Origin: Barthelona sp. PCE
Taxonomy: Eukaryota
Length of the DNA: 64,000 nt
Assembly: GCA_040285745.1 (NCBI GenBank)
Contig: JAUFOR010000002.1
Location: 1,674,001-1,738,000 of the forward strand
Direction of reading: 5' to 3'
Shown: one piece after another, positions 62,502 to 64,000 of the stretch
Position numbering within the stretch: the first letter of the stretch is position 1
How the letters are laid out: every line of letters starts with the position of its first letter
The notes under the pieces: model-generated
Databases searched by the model: none
What the model was told of the DNA's origin: nothing
What the model saw: the letters and a program-made list of their open reading frames with translations, nothing else
Translations under genes and position numbers: made by a program

Positions 62502-63791
62502 ATGGGGGCTTTGGCGAATGTTTTGGGACTAATTGCGGTTGTTTCTCTTATTGTTATAGTTCTAGCATTTTTCCATACTAAAGGATGGTTTCATCTCATT
62601 TCAGTTAAGGTGGGCAAGCGAAATCAGTTTGATGACTACAGCGAAGATATTAGTCATCTCACAGTTGTGATACCTGCGCGAAATGAAGAAGATAGGATTG
62701 GTAGGACAATCAAAACATTGTTAGCACAAAACGTAGGCCGCATCATTGTAGTTAACGACCACTCTACTGACGATACATCATTAGCATCTCGCGATGCAGC
62801 ATTTGAATCGAATCGACCGGATGCAGTGCATATTATCACACCACCGAGTCTACCAACAGGATGGAGGGGAAAGTGCTGGGCTATGCATTGTGGTCTCGAA
62901 GAAGTTGATACTGAGCTCGTTTTATTCTGTGACGCTGATGTTGTACATAAACAAGGTTCTCTCTCCATGATTTTAAGTTTTTATCATCGTTATGATTTAG
63001 ATTTCGCTAGTTTTTTTACGAAATTTGATTGTAAGACAGTGTTTGGTAAGATGATCAGTTCTGCACTTATGTTTGCATTTGTTATGATATATCCCATGGT
63101 TGATATATTGAATACCAGCAAGAGCACAGCTAGTGCTGCAGGTATGGTTATGTTGGCAAAAACAACAACAGTTAGGAATATTGGAGGGTTTAAAAGTGTG
63201 AGTGATACTGTTGTAGAGGATGTTGCATTTTCTCGGGTTTTAAAGCGTAACGGTAGCCGTATTGGTATGGCATTAACAACATCAATAATGATGGAATGTG
63301 AAGATGAAGCAGGAACACCGCTTAATATGGTTAAAAGAGGTGCAGCACCTATTTTAGGAAAAATTTCTTTTCCTCTAGCTGCATCACTACTTATATGTGG
63401 TGCTATAACAGTCGGAGGCATATGTTTTTATGTTTCCATTGCATGTTTCAATGTTGTTTTTGGAGACGGAGACTTGTACACAGTGTTTTTACTGTTCCTA
63501 TTCATATGGTTTGGAATGGCTTTGGTATTTGCGCCAACTGTGCTTCAACAGGAGCATAATCTTGCATATGCGCTAACTCTACCATTTTCATTCTTTATAA
63601 TTATTTGCACAGCATTAAAGTCATTGTATCATGTACATAATGGAAGGTCAATAACGTGGAAGGGTAGGGAATACGAATCAATAGATGGTTTTTATAATCA
63701 CGATGAAATATCGGTCAAATTTTCACCTGTACGGCCTGAAAATAAGAAGCATGATTCAAGTAGTGCTTTATTATTGGATGTGGATCACTGA
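62502..63791 (+). CDS. GT2 glycosyltransferase, HpnB/CrtQ-like
   Basis: VVIPARNEE, NDHSTD, LPTGWRGKCWA, DAD, IGGF...VEDV and WKGR motifs. Confidence 0.85.
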   Translation: MGALANVLGLIAVVSLIVIVLAFFHTKGWFHLISVKVGKRNQFDDYSEDISHLTVVIPARNEEDRIGRTIKTLLAQNVGRIIVVNDHSTDDTSLASRDAAFESNRPDAVHIITPPSLPTGWRGKCWAMHCGLEEVDTELVLFCDADVVHKQGSLSMILSFYHRYDLDFASFFTKFDCKTVFGKMISSALMFAFVMIYPMVDILNTSKSTASAAGMVMLAKTTTVRNIGGFKSVSDTVVEDVAFSRVLKRNGSRIGMALTTSIMMECEDEAGTPLNMVKRGAAPILGKISFPLAASLLICGAITVGGICFYVSIACFNVVFGDGDLYTVFLLFLFIWFGMALVFAPTVLQQEHNLAYALTLPFSFFIIICTALKSLYHVHNGRSITWKGREYESIDGFYNHDEISVKFSPVRPENKKHDSSSALLLDVDH

Positions 63792-64000
63792 TCCTGCAGA
63801 TACTGTGTAATGAATGTCTCACCAACACCGTGTAAAAGAGAAAATAAAATTAATTCTTCGTTCTTGCTATTATCTTCAGCCCATTCAAGCTTTGTTACGG
63901 CTTCCTCCAGACTGGCTCGCAACTTTGCTGTTTCTTGTCTTTTTAGATGTTCTGATAACGTACTGTTTCTCTGCATATTGTGTTGTTGACATTCATTAAA
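63785..64000 (-). CDS. 3' end of a coiled-coil gene entering from the right window edge
   Basis: The frame is open from 64000 to the stop at 63785. Confidence 0.6.
   Translation of the reverse strand, partial: FNECQQHNMQRNSTLSEHLKRQETAKLRASLEEAVTKLEWAEDNSKNEELILFSLLHGVGETFITQYLQDQ

Noticed and set aside
1-64000. CRISPR arrays, tRNA, rRNA, autonomous transposase, alternative genetic code
   Set aside because: None seen. Conserved genes translate fully in the standard code and use all three stop codons.

Overview
Gene-dense, AT-rich eukaryotic nuclear DNA in the standard code, with about 45 protein genes, intergenic spacers often under 100 bp and few spliceosomal introns. Five well-supported introns share a GTATG donor and a branch-point A exactly 7 nt before the intron end. 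That fused branch-point/acceptor layout resembles metamonad protists, but the taxonomy is an inference. Recognisable genes include GGPP synthase, AP-3 mu, DNAJC3, NPC2-like, mucolipin, RAD23, beta-tubulin, MAEA/Gid9, a Rho GTPase, eIF2B-beta, eIF2-alpha, a truncated RBM22/Slt11, nucleoside hydrolase, CTU1, ABCF3, PP2C, an ABCB transporter, proteasome alpha3, RPA2, Dbp6, Rrp4, Cdc14 and an HpnB-like glycosyltransferase. The most notable non-coding signals are: (1) a 4.9-kb cassette bounded by 522-bp near-perfect inverted repeats, holding an orphan 758-aa gene and three copies of a covarying ~180-nt H/ACA-like RNA (possibly snR30/U17); (2) long introns that fold back towards short-intron length, including a beta-tubulin 5'UTR intron with a second donor and uORFs, suggestive of a splicing switch; (3) a ~200-bp GC-rich foldback element between two co-oriented ORFs. 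The MAEA homolog also carries a histone H3-tail mimic. All alignments and folds were made by eye and no database search was run.
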